The notes under the pieces: model-generated
Told to the model about the DNA's origin: nothing
Database searches by the model: none
Seen by the model: the letters and a program-made list of their open reading frames with translations, nothing else
Translations under genes and position numbers: made by a program
DNA from: Streptococcus phage LYGO9
Strand: one strand, 5' to 3'
Sequence record: JX409894.1
Length of the DNA: 24,000 nt
Shown: positions 9,505 to 16,605 of the stretch, in pieces
Position numbering within the stretch: position 1 is the stretch's first letter
How the letters are laid out: every line of letters starts with the position of its first letter

Positions 9505-10166
9505 TGTAAAATTTCTTCTTTTGCGATTTCTAGCTTCATGTTTTCGATTTCTTGCATGTCTGATTTAAATTGATTAATCATATCTTGTGAAATAAAACTA
9601 TCAGACACACTTGCAACTGCTTGATAATCTTCAAAAGACATAATTTCATCTGCGAATCCTTTGTTAACAGCTTCTCTTGCTGACATATATGTTTCATTTC
9701 GCATCAACTCCATTAACTCATCTTCTGATAATCCAGTTTTTGCAACATATGCACTTACGATAGCTTCATCGCTAGAATTTAATGCACTGATTGCTTTTTG
9801 TAAATCATCACTATTACCAGATACTTCATTAAACAGTGCTTTGTGAATCATCATTTGAGCTGTAGGACTCATGACTACCTTATCAGCTCCCATAATTGCG
9901 AATGATGCAGCACTTGCAACCATACCAGTTACTTCGACTGTCACTTTACCTTTGTAATTTCGTAAAGCGGTATAAATTTCACTACCAGCAGTCACAAATC
10001 CACCGTTTGAATTAGCTTCAATAACGATATCACCTTCATCTTCTGGGAATTGTTCGATTAGCTTATTAACGCTTGTCGCTTCTTTACCGAAATAATCATA
10101 AATTTCTTGTAGGTCATTATTAATTAATGTTCCTTTAAGTTGTATTTTCTTTGCTATTGTTCTCAC
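9495..10166 (-). CDS. ClpP-like prohead protease
   Basis: GMVASAASFAIMGADKVVMSPTAQMMIHKAL contains the ClpP-type Ser motif and following His; sits between portal and capsid. Confidence 0.93.
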   Translation of the reverse strand: MRTIAKKIQLKGTLINNDLQEIYDYFGKEATSVNKLIEQFPEDEGDIVIEANSNGGFVTAGSEIYTALRNYKGKVTVEVTGMVASAASFAIMGADKVVMSPTAQMMIHKALFNEVSGNSDDLQKAISALNSSDEAIVSAYVAKTGLSEDELMELMRNETYMSAREAVNKGFADEIMSFEDYQAVASVSDSFISQDMINQFKSDMQEIENMKLEIAKEEILQGL

Positions 10167-11340
10167 CTCCTTTCATGCTCTGATACTCTTCTTTTTTATC
10201 CAAGAATACGAAATTCAGACTCGATTGATGTCTATCCATATTCGGGTCTTTGGATGGTTGTTTGCCAAGTTCGATAAGACCCTGATTAGGAGTGTACATG
10301 CCACTATCTACCAGAAGTTTTATTTCATCGACATTTCGACCAGTTATACTACGTGTGTCAAATTCAAAACGGAATTTCCTACGGTCAGAACTGTTAAATA
10401 CTTTTAATCCTAACTCACTTGTTATGGCATCAAAATAAAATGGCAAGTCATTTGTAACGTAGTCTTGCATCAACTGTGCCACGGATTGGTTAGGACTGTT
10501 TACGGCTAGTTTATAGCTTGGTACTCGCAACGCCTTAGCGATTTGAGCCGTTGAGAAATTGTTACTTGTAATCAACTGTAATACGTTAGTGTCGATTTCG
10601 AGCGGTGTGTATTCCATTGTGCTATCAAATACTAATGGACTTCCACCGACAGAACCCTCACGCATTTTCTCAAAGTCTTCCCTAGCGCGCTTTCTAGCTT
10701 CGCCTGATAACGACGCACCTTTCATGGTTAAGATACCGCTTGAAAAGCCGTCTTTAAAGAACTTAATCAACGTGTTCAGACCGCCGTCTTGCAAGTCAAT
10801 TTCATTTGCCAGTGACAATAAAGGCGAACGCCCTAAGATTGTGTCGTGACTGAAAAATTTCCAATGGATAACATCATCTGACCGACATTTTACTGTCTTA
10901 CCAGTTAAGGTATCAAAGAACGTATAAACGATTTCATGCTCATTCGTTTCTTCTACCGTTGTTTCTGACGGTTTAAAGAATTGAAATTGCAACGCTTGAT
11001 CAGTTTTTGGGTCACGCAAGATACGTGAGAACGAATTACCAGTCAGAATTGCGTTTACTGCCATAGCGAATTTCCATGTTCTAGCACTTGCATTTGTGGT
11101 AGCCTTAACATTTAACAAATAGTTAATGTCTTCATCGTGGATAATATCTCCAGTAATATCCTTTTTGATCAGTGGAAAGCGTGAAATATCGCCTGCGATA
11201 ATTGATGTCGCAGTTAAAATATCACTATTTTTCAAAGCGGATATACCAGTATATTGTGGTGTTAATGTTCCAGCCACGAGTGAATCGATGTAAGAATCAT
11301 ATGAGACTTCGCTTGAACCTAAAGATTGAAAAAAACTCAT
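10135..11340 (-). CDS. Phage portal protein, HK97 family
   Basis: 401 aa: ...GNSFSRILRDPKTDQALQFQFFKPSETTVEE...DVIHWKFFSHDTILGRSPLLSLANEI...GILTMKG.... Confidence 0.94.
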   Translation of the reverse strand: MSFFQSLGSSEVSYDSYIDSLVAGTLTPQYTGISALKNSDILTATSIIAGDISRFPLIKKDITGDIIHDEDINYLLNVKATTNASARTWKFAMAVNAILTGNSFSRILRDPKTDQALQFQFFKPSETTVEETNEHEIVYTFFDTLTGKTVKCRSDDVIHWKFFSHDTILGRSPLLSLANEIDLQDGGLNTLIKFFKDGFSSGILTMKGASLSGEARKRAREDFEKMREGSVGGSPLVFDSTMEYTPLEIDTNVLQLITSNNFSTAQIAKALRVPSYKLAVNSPNQSVAQLMQDYVTNDLPFYFDAITSELGLKVFNSSDRRKFRFEFDTRSITGRNVDEIKLLVDSGMYTPNQGLIELGKQPSKDPNMDRHQSSLNFVFLDKKEEYQSMKGGENNSKENTT

Positions 11341-11393
11341 TCTATTTCCTCACCTCCTTTCTAAGATTGGATTAGACAATGATCACCGCCTTT

Positions 11394-11585
11394 CTAGTCA
11401 TTTTTTTCTTGAGAAATAAAATTTAAAAATAAACCAATTAAACAAGCAATTATCCAATGGTTTGGTTTATATCCCGTTTCGAACATAAAAATCACATAAA
11501 AACCAAAATAACCTATCATTTTGTACCAATTTGTTTTCATAATTCTCCTTTCATTCCGTCCCGACCGCTTCAAATTCCCATTCAC
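11394..11585 (-). CDS. Small predicted membrane protein
   Basis: 63 aa track ORF. A later in-frame start (MKTNWYKMIGYFGFYVIFMFETGYKPNHWIIACLIGLFLNFISQEKND) gives a mostly hydrophobic product. Confidence 0.5.
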   Translation of the reverse strand: MNGNLKRSGRNERRIMKTNWYKMIGYFGFYVIFMFETGYKPNHWIIACLIGLFLNFISQEKND

Positions 11586-11811
11586 CTAAGTCACTATCTA
11601 ACTCACGTTCAATTATCGAGATAGTCTTATAAATCCCTGATTCTTCTTTGCAGTAAGTTTCAAGATAATCGCTGAATATGCCATCCTCGTAATGATAACC
11701 AGCGTTGTCAATGAACTCTCGTGCTTTCTCTAAACTAGAATAAACACCTAAAATATCACTGTGCGAAACACCATAATCGTAAGTCCATTGCTCTAAAATA
11801 TATACCTTCAT
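11551..11811 (-). CDS. Hypothetical small acidic phage protein
   Basis: MKVYILEQWTYDYGVSHSDILGVYSSLEKAREFIDNAGYHYEDG...; coherent ORF between terL and portal. Confidence 0.7.
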   Translation of the reverse strand: MKVYILEQWTYDYGVSHSDILGVYSSLEKAREFIDNAGYHYEDGIFSDYLETYCKEESGIYKTISIIERELDSDLGEWEFEAVGTE

Positions 11812-11813
11812 CC

Positions 11814-11972
11814 CTACCTCACATTCCTATCAATATAAGTAGCTAACACAATAGCTAGTAGTCCACTTCCTATATAGCCAACTGTTTGGCTAATCAAGAA
11901 AAAACCATACATGACCAATCCAATCCCAATTAACAAGATGATTGTATGTATGTTCCTCAAAATAAAATTCAT
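11814..11972 (-). CDS. Small predicted membrane protein, 52 aa
   Basis: Not in the supplied track. MNFILRNIHTIILLIGIGLVMYGFFLISQTVGYIGSGLLAIVLATYIDRNVR*. The ATG overlaps the TerL stop (TAATG). Confidence 0.7.
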   Translation of the reverse strand: MNFILRNIHTIILLIGIGLVMYGFFLISQTVGYIGSGLLAIVLATYIDRNVR

Positions 11973-13726
11973 TAGAATAAAGTTCCTCCACTCAGTATTT
12001 TTTCGTCAGTCCAATAACCTGCACCGTCAAACGGTTCTAGGTAACAAACAGCGTATCCGTCAAGAGCAGCATCAAGCGGATCAATCTTATTGCTATTCTT
12101 ATTCTTATCAATCCTCATGCCATTATTATCAGTCTTGATATAAGCGTTATTGACAGCCATTGTTAGCAATGGATTGCCAGAGTGCTTTATTTTGCCTTTT
12201 TTAAGGTCGTCACGGAATTGTTTTGTCGGCATGTTCAAAACCATTGTCGTCTGCGAAACTTCTATCAGAGGCCATTCTGGATGCCTTTTTTCAATCATTG
12301 TAAGTAACGTTCCGAATTGATATGGATCAAAGCAAATTCCGTTAACTTCCCATTCATTTGTATAGACCATCTCTTCAATTTTTTCCAACACCCGTTCGTC
12401 ATCGATGACACCACTTTCAAGAGTGGTTATCTCACAATAACCTTGACGTTCTAAATTACTATAAGATACGCCATCCCGCTTTTCTTTAGCTGTTAACCCG
12501 TACTTTGTAGCCACGAAAGAAAAACTGTCGAGATACCAAAAATCATCCATCATAATAACTGGTGTGATAGCAAATAAGTCACTCACACGCCCAACATCAA
12601 CCCCTAACCAAACCCTACGTTTATGTGTATCTGGCTTATCAATCTGAGCAAGTTCCCAAGTTGTTTTATCAATGTACGATTCTTCACTTGATTGGCGCCA
12701 CATATTAAAGTTTTTGATTAATACTTTATTGATTTCACCAGTTTCAAGGGACACTTTGCGTCGCGTTCTCAGGTAATCCATTAGCTTATCATGCAAAGCT
12801 TCAACCTCAAGAATTGGATTTGATTTTATCCAGTTCGATTCATCTTTAATTTCCTCTTCGTTATCCTGTTCTGCAACATATCCAAAATAACCCTCGTCTG
12901 TGATTTCTCCGTCTAGTATTTTGGTAATGTATGGGTACTCAATTGTGTGCATCGGTACATTCAAATCCATACCAGCCGTTGAGATAATCAAGATAAACGG
13001 GTTATCAAGCTGACCCTGTCCGGATTCTAAAAGTTCCAACATTTCATTCGTCTTCGACGCTGCAAACTCATCCAAAACGCCAACATACGGTTCAAATCCA
13101 TCGACTGCCCCTGTATCTCGACTAAGGGCCCTGATATAAGATTCATCATGTAAATTTTTAAGTTCATCACGAACAATTTTCGTAGCCTTTCTGACATCAG
13201 CGTCCTTCGCTCTGAGAGATGATAGCTGCTTCTTTGCCATATCCCAAGCGATTTTAGCTTGTGTACGGTCATTAGCTGTACAAAACAATTGTCTGCTCAT
13301 AGATGGGTTATGACCGAATAAAAACTCATAAAGCAAGATACCAGCTATCAGAATTGTTTTACCATTTTTACGAGCAACAGAAATCATAGCTTTTCTAAAA
13401 CGTCTCAAGGAATGATCTGTTTTCTTTCGCCATCCATATAAATTCCCGATAATAAATTTCTGGAACATCGCCAACGGGTAAGGTTTCCCCGTTTTTACAT
13501 CTGGCAAAATCTCGATGAAGTTAATTGGATCAGCTGCTTTTTCTGGTAAATAGACAAATTTAAAATCGTCATCATCTATTCGTTTGAGATCATTCAAATG
13601 TCTCAAGCATGCCTTAAAAACTTTTTTACTTGATTTTATCTGTTCGTCAACGACCATTTTTGCATAATAAAAAGCGTCATCTTTATAGATATCGCTGATT
13701 GCTGAATAATCGTATTCTATTGTCAT
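11972..13726 (-). CDS. terL: Terminase large subunit
   Basis: Walker-type MISVARKNGKTILIAGILLYEFL, VLDEFAASKTNEMLELLESGQG, and nuclease-domain segments (GVDVGRVSDLFAI, NKIDPLDAALDGYAVCYLE). Confidence 0.97.
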   Translation of the reverse strand: MTIEYDYSAISDIYKDDAFYYAKMVVDEQIKSSKKVFKACLRHLNDLKRIDDDDFKFVYLPEKAADPINFIEILPDVKTGKPYPLAMFQKFIIGNLYGWRKKTDHSLRRFRKAMISVARKNGKTILIAGILLYEFLFGHNPSMSRQLFCTANDRTQAKIAWDMAKKQLSSLRAKDADVRKATKIVRDELKNLHDESYIRALSRDTGAVDGFEPYVGVLDEFAASKTNEMLELLESGQGQLDNPFILIISTAGMDLNVPMHTIEYPYITKILDGEITDEGYFGYVAEQDNEEEIKDESNWIKSNPILEVEALHDKLMDYLRTRRKVSLETGEINKVLIKNFNMWRQSSEESYIDKTTWELAQIDKPDTHKRRVWLGVDVGRVSDLFAITPVIMMDDFWYLDSFSFVATKYGLTAKEKRDGVSYSNLERQGYCEITTLESGVIDDERVLEKIEEMVYTNEWEVNGICFDPYQFGTLLTMIEKRHPEWPLIEVSQTTMVLNMPTKQFRDDLKKGKIKHSGNPLLTMAVNNAYIKTDNNGMRIDKNKNSNKIDPLDAALDGYAVCYLEPFDGAGYWTDEKILSGGTLF

Positions 13727-13740
13727 GACCTCCTTTCTTT

Positions 13741-14208
13741 TTAACCTCCAAATTTATCAAAAATACTCTTAGGTTTTTCCTCTTCCTTAGGAATAAACAT
13801 TTTCATCCGACTATCCACAGTCAAGCCAAGCTGACTTGCGCTACTTCTAATATTCGCTGTGGCTTTTTCTAGTGTTAAAATAAGCGGACTAGGAATAATG
13901 CCCTTGTCTGGATCATTCGTAAAATAACCGACCTCGTCCAGTTTTTTGCTTGTCTCTTTGTAGATAGCATACCATGTGCAGTATAACTCTAATAGCCCTC
14001 TATCGAGATTTCTTAGGGGTAGGTTTTGGAGGTCTTCTATGATTCTTCTATACTCATACTTAGCCACATTGTTAAAGTGTTCAGGTGGTGTCTTTTGCAA
14101 TTTTTTAAGACCGTCGGAAGCCTTATTTTGCGCGGTTTCTCTCGTTATTTTTTCTTCTTTTGTCAGATGTTTTTTTGTCGTTTCAACTAGCTTTAAATTT
14201 CTTCCCAT
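13741..14208 (-). CDS. terS: Terminase small subunit (P27-like)
   Basis: MGRNLKLVETTKKHLTKEEK...LDRGLLELYCTWYAIYKETSKKL...STRUCTURE-typical C-terminal SSASQLGLTVDSRMKMFIPK; directly upstream of terL. Confidence 0.88.
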   Translation of the reverse strand: MGRNLKLVETTKKHLTKEEKITRETAQNKASDGLKKLQKTPPEHFNNVAKYEYRRIIEDLQNLPLRNLDRGLLELYCTWYAIYKETSKKLDEVGYFTNDPDKGIIPSPLILTLEKATANIRSSASQLGLTVDSRMKMFIPKEEEKPKSIFDKFGG

Positions 14209-14313
14209 AAGACCTCCTTTACACGAACTTTACAGTTTTAAAAATTTCAAAAAGGGAATTTTTTGCACGGAAAAGGGCGCGTTCTTAAAAACACGAACAA
14301 TGTAGCCCCGTTC

Positions 14314-14360
14314 AAAAAAAGAGGGGGGTATATTCCGTATGTTATTGTGGAATACTCCCC
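14314..14360 (-). terminator. Intrinsic terminator-like hairpin between HNH and terS
   Basis: Minus strand GGGGAGTATTCC-ACAATAACATAC-GGAATATACCCC (one mismatch, one G.U), then CCTCTTTTTTTG. The plus strand also has TGTTTTTAAT after the stem, so it may act in both directions. Confidence 0.6.
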
Positions 14361-14381
14361 TGTTTTTAATATATGACCGTT

Positions 14382-14717
14382 TTATCTATTAAATCTTTCT
14401 CGTATCGCTTTGCTATCATTACAAGCTTTACAGCTTGCTTGCAGGTTGTTCCAGTCCAATCTTTTGCTCCAATCTTTTTTGATGCTTATAATGTGGTCAG
14501 TCATCGTCGCTTCTCCTCCACACATTGCACAAACATAGTCGCTTTGTAGCAAGACTTGCTTACTTGTCTCTCTCCACAACTTAGAATTATAAAACTGTTT
14601 GACTTGCTTATCGTACTTCCAGCGATTACGATTGTAGTCACGATACTCCGCTGATCTATCGTCGTAGTCAACCGTTGTACGTCTCCCACCAGAGATGGTT
14701 AACTTCTGTGGCCTCAT
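14382..14717 (-). CDS. HNH endonuclease
   Basis: VCAMCGGEATMTDHIISIKKDWSKRLDWNNLQASCKACNDSKAIRE contains C-x2-C, D-H-I, N and C-x2-C-x-S of phage HNH packaging endonucleases; RBS ATGGAGG upstream. Confidence 0.92.
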   Translation of the reverse strand: MRPQKLTISGGRRTTVDYDDRSAEYRDYNRNRWKYDKQVKQFYNSKLWRETSKQVLLQSDYVCAMCGGEATMTDHIISIKKDWSKRLDWNNLQASCKACNDSKAIRERFNR

Positions 14718-14734
14718 GCCCTAACCTCCATAAT

Positions 14735-14758
14735 AAAAAGCCACCACAATGTGATGAC
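14735..14758 (-). terminator. Intrinsic terminator at end of the tRNA/ncRNA unit
   Basis: Minus strand GTCATCAC-ATT-GTGGTGGC (8 bp with G.U pairs) followed by TTTTTATT, ending just before the HNH RBS. Confidence 0.65.
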
Positions 14759-14789
14759 TTCTGCCCGACATCAATGTCGGTCTGTTTTA

Positions 14790-14899
14790 CCACAAGCAGA
14801 GGATTCGAACCTCCATCTCTGGGTTATCAGCCCAGCGCTTTGCGCATGCGCCCCTCCTCGGTACGTCTACCAATTACTTACGCTTTAAGCTAACTTGTT
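14790..14899 (-). tRNA. Atypical tRNA-Ile(GAT)-like gene, about 110 nt
   Basis: Anticodon arm CTGGG-CTGATAA-CCCAG (GAT), variable AGAT, T-arm GGAGG-TTCGAAT-CCTCT, 3' acceptor GCTTGTG + G. Best 5' acceptor AACAAGT pairs 6/7 but leaves ~57 nt before the anticodon stem, so the D region is abnormal. Confidence 0.45.
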
Positions 14900-14900
14900 A

Positions 14901-15001
14901 CAGGAACAGTCGGAATCGAACCGACACATATAATCAGACCGTCGACAATCCAATTATTAAGGCGCTACCTCTACCGTTTTCCAATCACGGTTCATGTTCC
15001 T
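14901..15001 (-). tRNA. Atypical tRNA-like gene, about 101 nt, identity unclear
   Basis: Acceptor AGGAACA/TGTTCCT (7/7), D-arm ACCG-TGATTGGAAAA-CGGT, T-arm GTCGG-TTCGATT-CCGAC. The 47 nt between D- and T-stems lacks a normal 5 bp/7 nt anticodon arm. Confidence 0.5.
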
Positions 15002-15009
15002 AACGGTTT

Positions 15010-15043
15010 AGAAGAGCTAAGACCTCTCACAAAATGCTCTTCT
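15010..15043 (-). other. Perfect 8-bp hairpin within the tRNA cluster
   Basis: Minus strand AGAAGAGC-ATTTTGTGAGAGGTCTTA-GCTCTTCT, beginning 1 nt after the tRNA-like minihelix at 15045-15086. Confidence 0.5.
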
Positions 15044-15044
15044 A

Positions 15045-15086
15045 TAGACCCATCACGAATCGAACGTGATTAATACCACTAGGTCC
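15045..15086 (-). ncRNA. tRNA-like minihelix (acceptor stem plus T-arm only)
   Basis: Minus strand GGACCTA-[GTGGTATTAA]-TCACG-TTCGATT-CGTGA-TGGGTCT-A. 7-bp acceptor (two G.U) and 5-bp T-stem with canonical T-loop; no D or anticodon arm. Confidence 0.5.
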
Positions 15087-15091
15087 ACTGA

Positions 15092-15127
15092 CCACAAGCA
15101 AGGTTGCGACCCTTGTTTTACTTGCGG
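15092..15127 (-). ncRNA. Second minihelix with degenerate T-loop
   Basis: Minus strand CCGCAAG-[TAAAA]-CAAGG-GTCGCAA-CCTTG-CTTGTGG. 7-bp plus 5-bp stems; loop only partly matches a T-loop. Confidence 0.35.
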
Positions 15128-15135
15128 TTAATATA

Positions 15136-15223
15136 TAGAAAGTGTAGGATTCGAACCCACGCACGCTTTTACACGCCTAACAAGGTAGCAACCTGTCCTC
15201 TTAAACCACTTGAGTAACTTTCC
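15136..15223 (-). tRNA. tRNA-Ser(GCT), class II
   Basis: Acceptor GGAAAGT/ACTTTCT, D-stem CTC/GAG, anticodon arm ACAGG-TTGCTAC-CTTGT (GCT), variable arm GCGTG/CGTGC, T-arm GTGGG-TTCGAAT-CCTAC, discriminator A. CCA not encoded. Confidence 0.92.
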
Positions 15224-15240
15224 AAATGTAAACACGCTGA

Positions 15241-15923
15241 GATTACACGTTTAGTCAGTTGTCTTTCAAAACCTTATGTTTTAGTTTTTTATCCACTCAA
15301 ATCCCTTCAAGTAACAACCATGCGCGGTTAGTATCGCTAACCACTCCTTACGTCACAAACTACTAAGCCATTTTTCAATTAACGAAAACCCCGCTAAAGG
15401 TCTAAGCTGCTTTACTCTTTGACTTTGCTATTATCCTTGCGAGACTCTAGCAGGTAGCCTAGCTACCGAAGCACACTTTCGTTTGCGACGGGCAATGACT
15501 TTTGCTTTATTCCAATATTTTCAACAAATAGCATTGTTTTCGTGTATCGCAGACGTGCATTGCCTTGCGTTTCGTCGCCTTTTGAACAACAAAATGCGCA
15601 ACGCCTGCTTGTTATCTCGGTGCTGGTACACCTTGACTTGTTGTGTTTGACTGGGATATCCTCCCAGTGTTGCACAACATGCTGACCGCTCTTGGTACCA
15701 CCCTTGAACTTCGTCAGTTTATGCCTCCTACACACTCGTCGCACGTACTGCTGACACAGCACCTCACCGATTGGCTCTGGTATTGCGCTTTGACTTCGTG
15801 TGCTGTAACCACTGCTGATTACATAAAGATTGGATTGCTTAGATTGACCATTACTGGCGCTCTTGTTGATACACCTACAAAAGCTTTCCCATATCGCTAT
15901 GGATTATCTGTGCTAAGCCACTA
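15241..15923 (-). ncRNA. Candidate large structured phage ncRNA (GOLLD-like hypothesis)
   Basis: ORF-poor and visibly richer in G+C than flanks. Many stems on the minus strand: TCCATA-GCGA-TATGGG (15903-15888, GNRA loop); GCTTTTGT/ACAAGAGC (15884-15859); GTTGTG[CAAC]ACTGGGA-GGATA-TCCCAGT[CAAA]CACAAC (15678-15640); GGTAGC-TAG-GCTACC (15467-15453); GTGGTTAG-CGATA-CTAACCGC (15344-15324). Adjacent to phage tRNAs. Boundaries approximate. Confidence 0.5.
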
Positions 15924-15969
15924 TTGAGACGGCAGGAATCGAACCTGCAAAACCATTTAAATCGTCTCA
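15924..15969 (-). ncRNA. tRNA-like minihelix (acceptor stem plus T-arm only)
   Basis: Minus strand TGAGACG-[ATTTAAATGGTTTT]-GCAGG-TTCGATT-CCTGC-CGTCTCA-A. All 12 stem pairs are Watson-Crick; canonical T-loop; no D or anticodon arm. Confidence 0.55.
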
Positions 15970-16070
15970 GCCTTTGCGCTACAAAATAACAAGTTTGATC
16001 GTAGTTAAAGTTGGCGACTAAATAAAATAGTCGGTTGGCAAAATGGTTATCTCTTCTTGTTATTTTGATA

Positions 16071-16122
16071 ATACTATAATAACATGTAAAAATATGTATA
16101 AACTATCTATTTACTGTATAAA
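16071..16122 (-). promoter_or_regulatory. Putative promoter/operator for the tRNA-ncRNA unit
   Basis: Two direct repeats TTTATACA at 16122-16115 and 16102-16095 (20 nt apart), followed by -10-like TATAGT at 16076-16071, just after the ArpU-like stop codon. Confidence 0.35.
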
Positions 16123-16124
16123 AA

Positions 16125-16562
16125 CTAGCTAAAAACTCCTTGTTCAACAATCAACGACCCCTCTCTATATAGCTCTGCAAAAGCTAACAAAGCAATATCA
16201 AGCGTATCATAATAAAAGCTCTCGGACATACACAATTCTGTATAAATAACCTTGTCTGCCTTTTTATAAGGCGCTAAGTATTTGTCATACAAAATCCTGC
16301 GTTTCTCTGGCTCTAGTATCATACTGACAGCCTGCTCAATTGCATCCAGCTCCTGTTCTGCCGACACACGATTAAGCGCTAGTCTCTCAACAGGTTTGCT
16401 AGGGACTCCATGCGGTTGCCTTGGCTCAAAGGAATAAGTGGCTGTCACTTTTTGAGTATCTACATCATTAGCGATCCTACGCCAGCGTGGATACTCTCTT
16501 AGTTTTCGCTTAGCGTTTGATTTAGTTTTTTGTATATTAATTTCTGGAAAAAACGTCATGAA
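16125..16562 (-). CDS. ArpU-like phage late/autolysin transcriptional regulator
   Basis: Preferred start is MTFFPEINIQKTKSNAKRKLREYPRWRRIAND..., preceded by GAGGAG 5-6 nt upstream. The track's start at 16616 would run through a GC hairpin. Overall pattern (two-part HTH-like sigma-region-4 style, ILEPEKRRILYDKY) fits ArpU family. Confidence 0.75.
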   Translation of the reverse strand, partial: FMTFFPEINIQKTKSNAKRKLREYPRWRRIANDVDTQKVTATYSFEPRQPHGVPSKPVERLALNRVSAEQELDAIEQAVSMILEPEKRRILYDKYLAPYKKADKVIYTELCMSESFYYDTLDIALLAFAELYREGSLIVEQGVFS

Positions 16563-16605
16563 AGCTCCTCGTATGATATAATAGTTGTACGAATATATAT
16601 CGAAT

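Noticed and set aside
207-9846. Plus-strand ORFs throughout the structural gene block
   Set aside because: All lie opposite long, clearly coding phage genes and read as shadow ORFs.
13027-13272. Minus-strand ORF of 81 aa inside terL
   Set aside because: Fully embedded in terL in another frame, low-complexity basic product, no RBS signal recognised.
15463-15762. Minus-strand ORF of 99 aa with several Cys/His residues (MLCQQYVRRVCRRHKLTKFKGG...RRCAFCCSKGDETQ), vaguely zinc-finger or piggyBac-tail-like
   Set aside because: Overlaps strong RNA helices, has no good RBS, and motif spacing does not match a zinc ribbon; better explained by the structured RNA tract.
15363-15920. Repeated 8-mer TGGCTTAG (minus strand 15920-15913 and 15370-15363)
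   Set aside because: Too short to call a repeat pair; noted only as a possible shared loop or pseudoknot element.
15643-15927. Plus-strand ORF of 94 aa in the same region
   Set aside because: Antisense to the module, overlaps the other weak ORF, composition not protein-like; likely chance openness in a G+C-richer tract.
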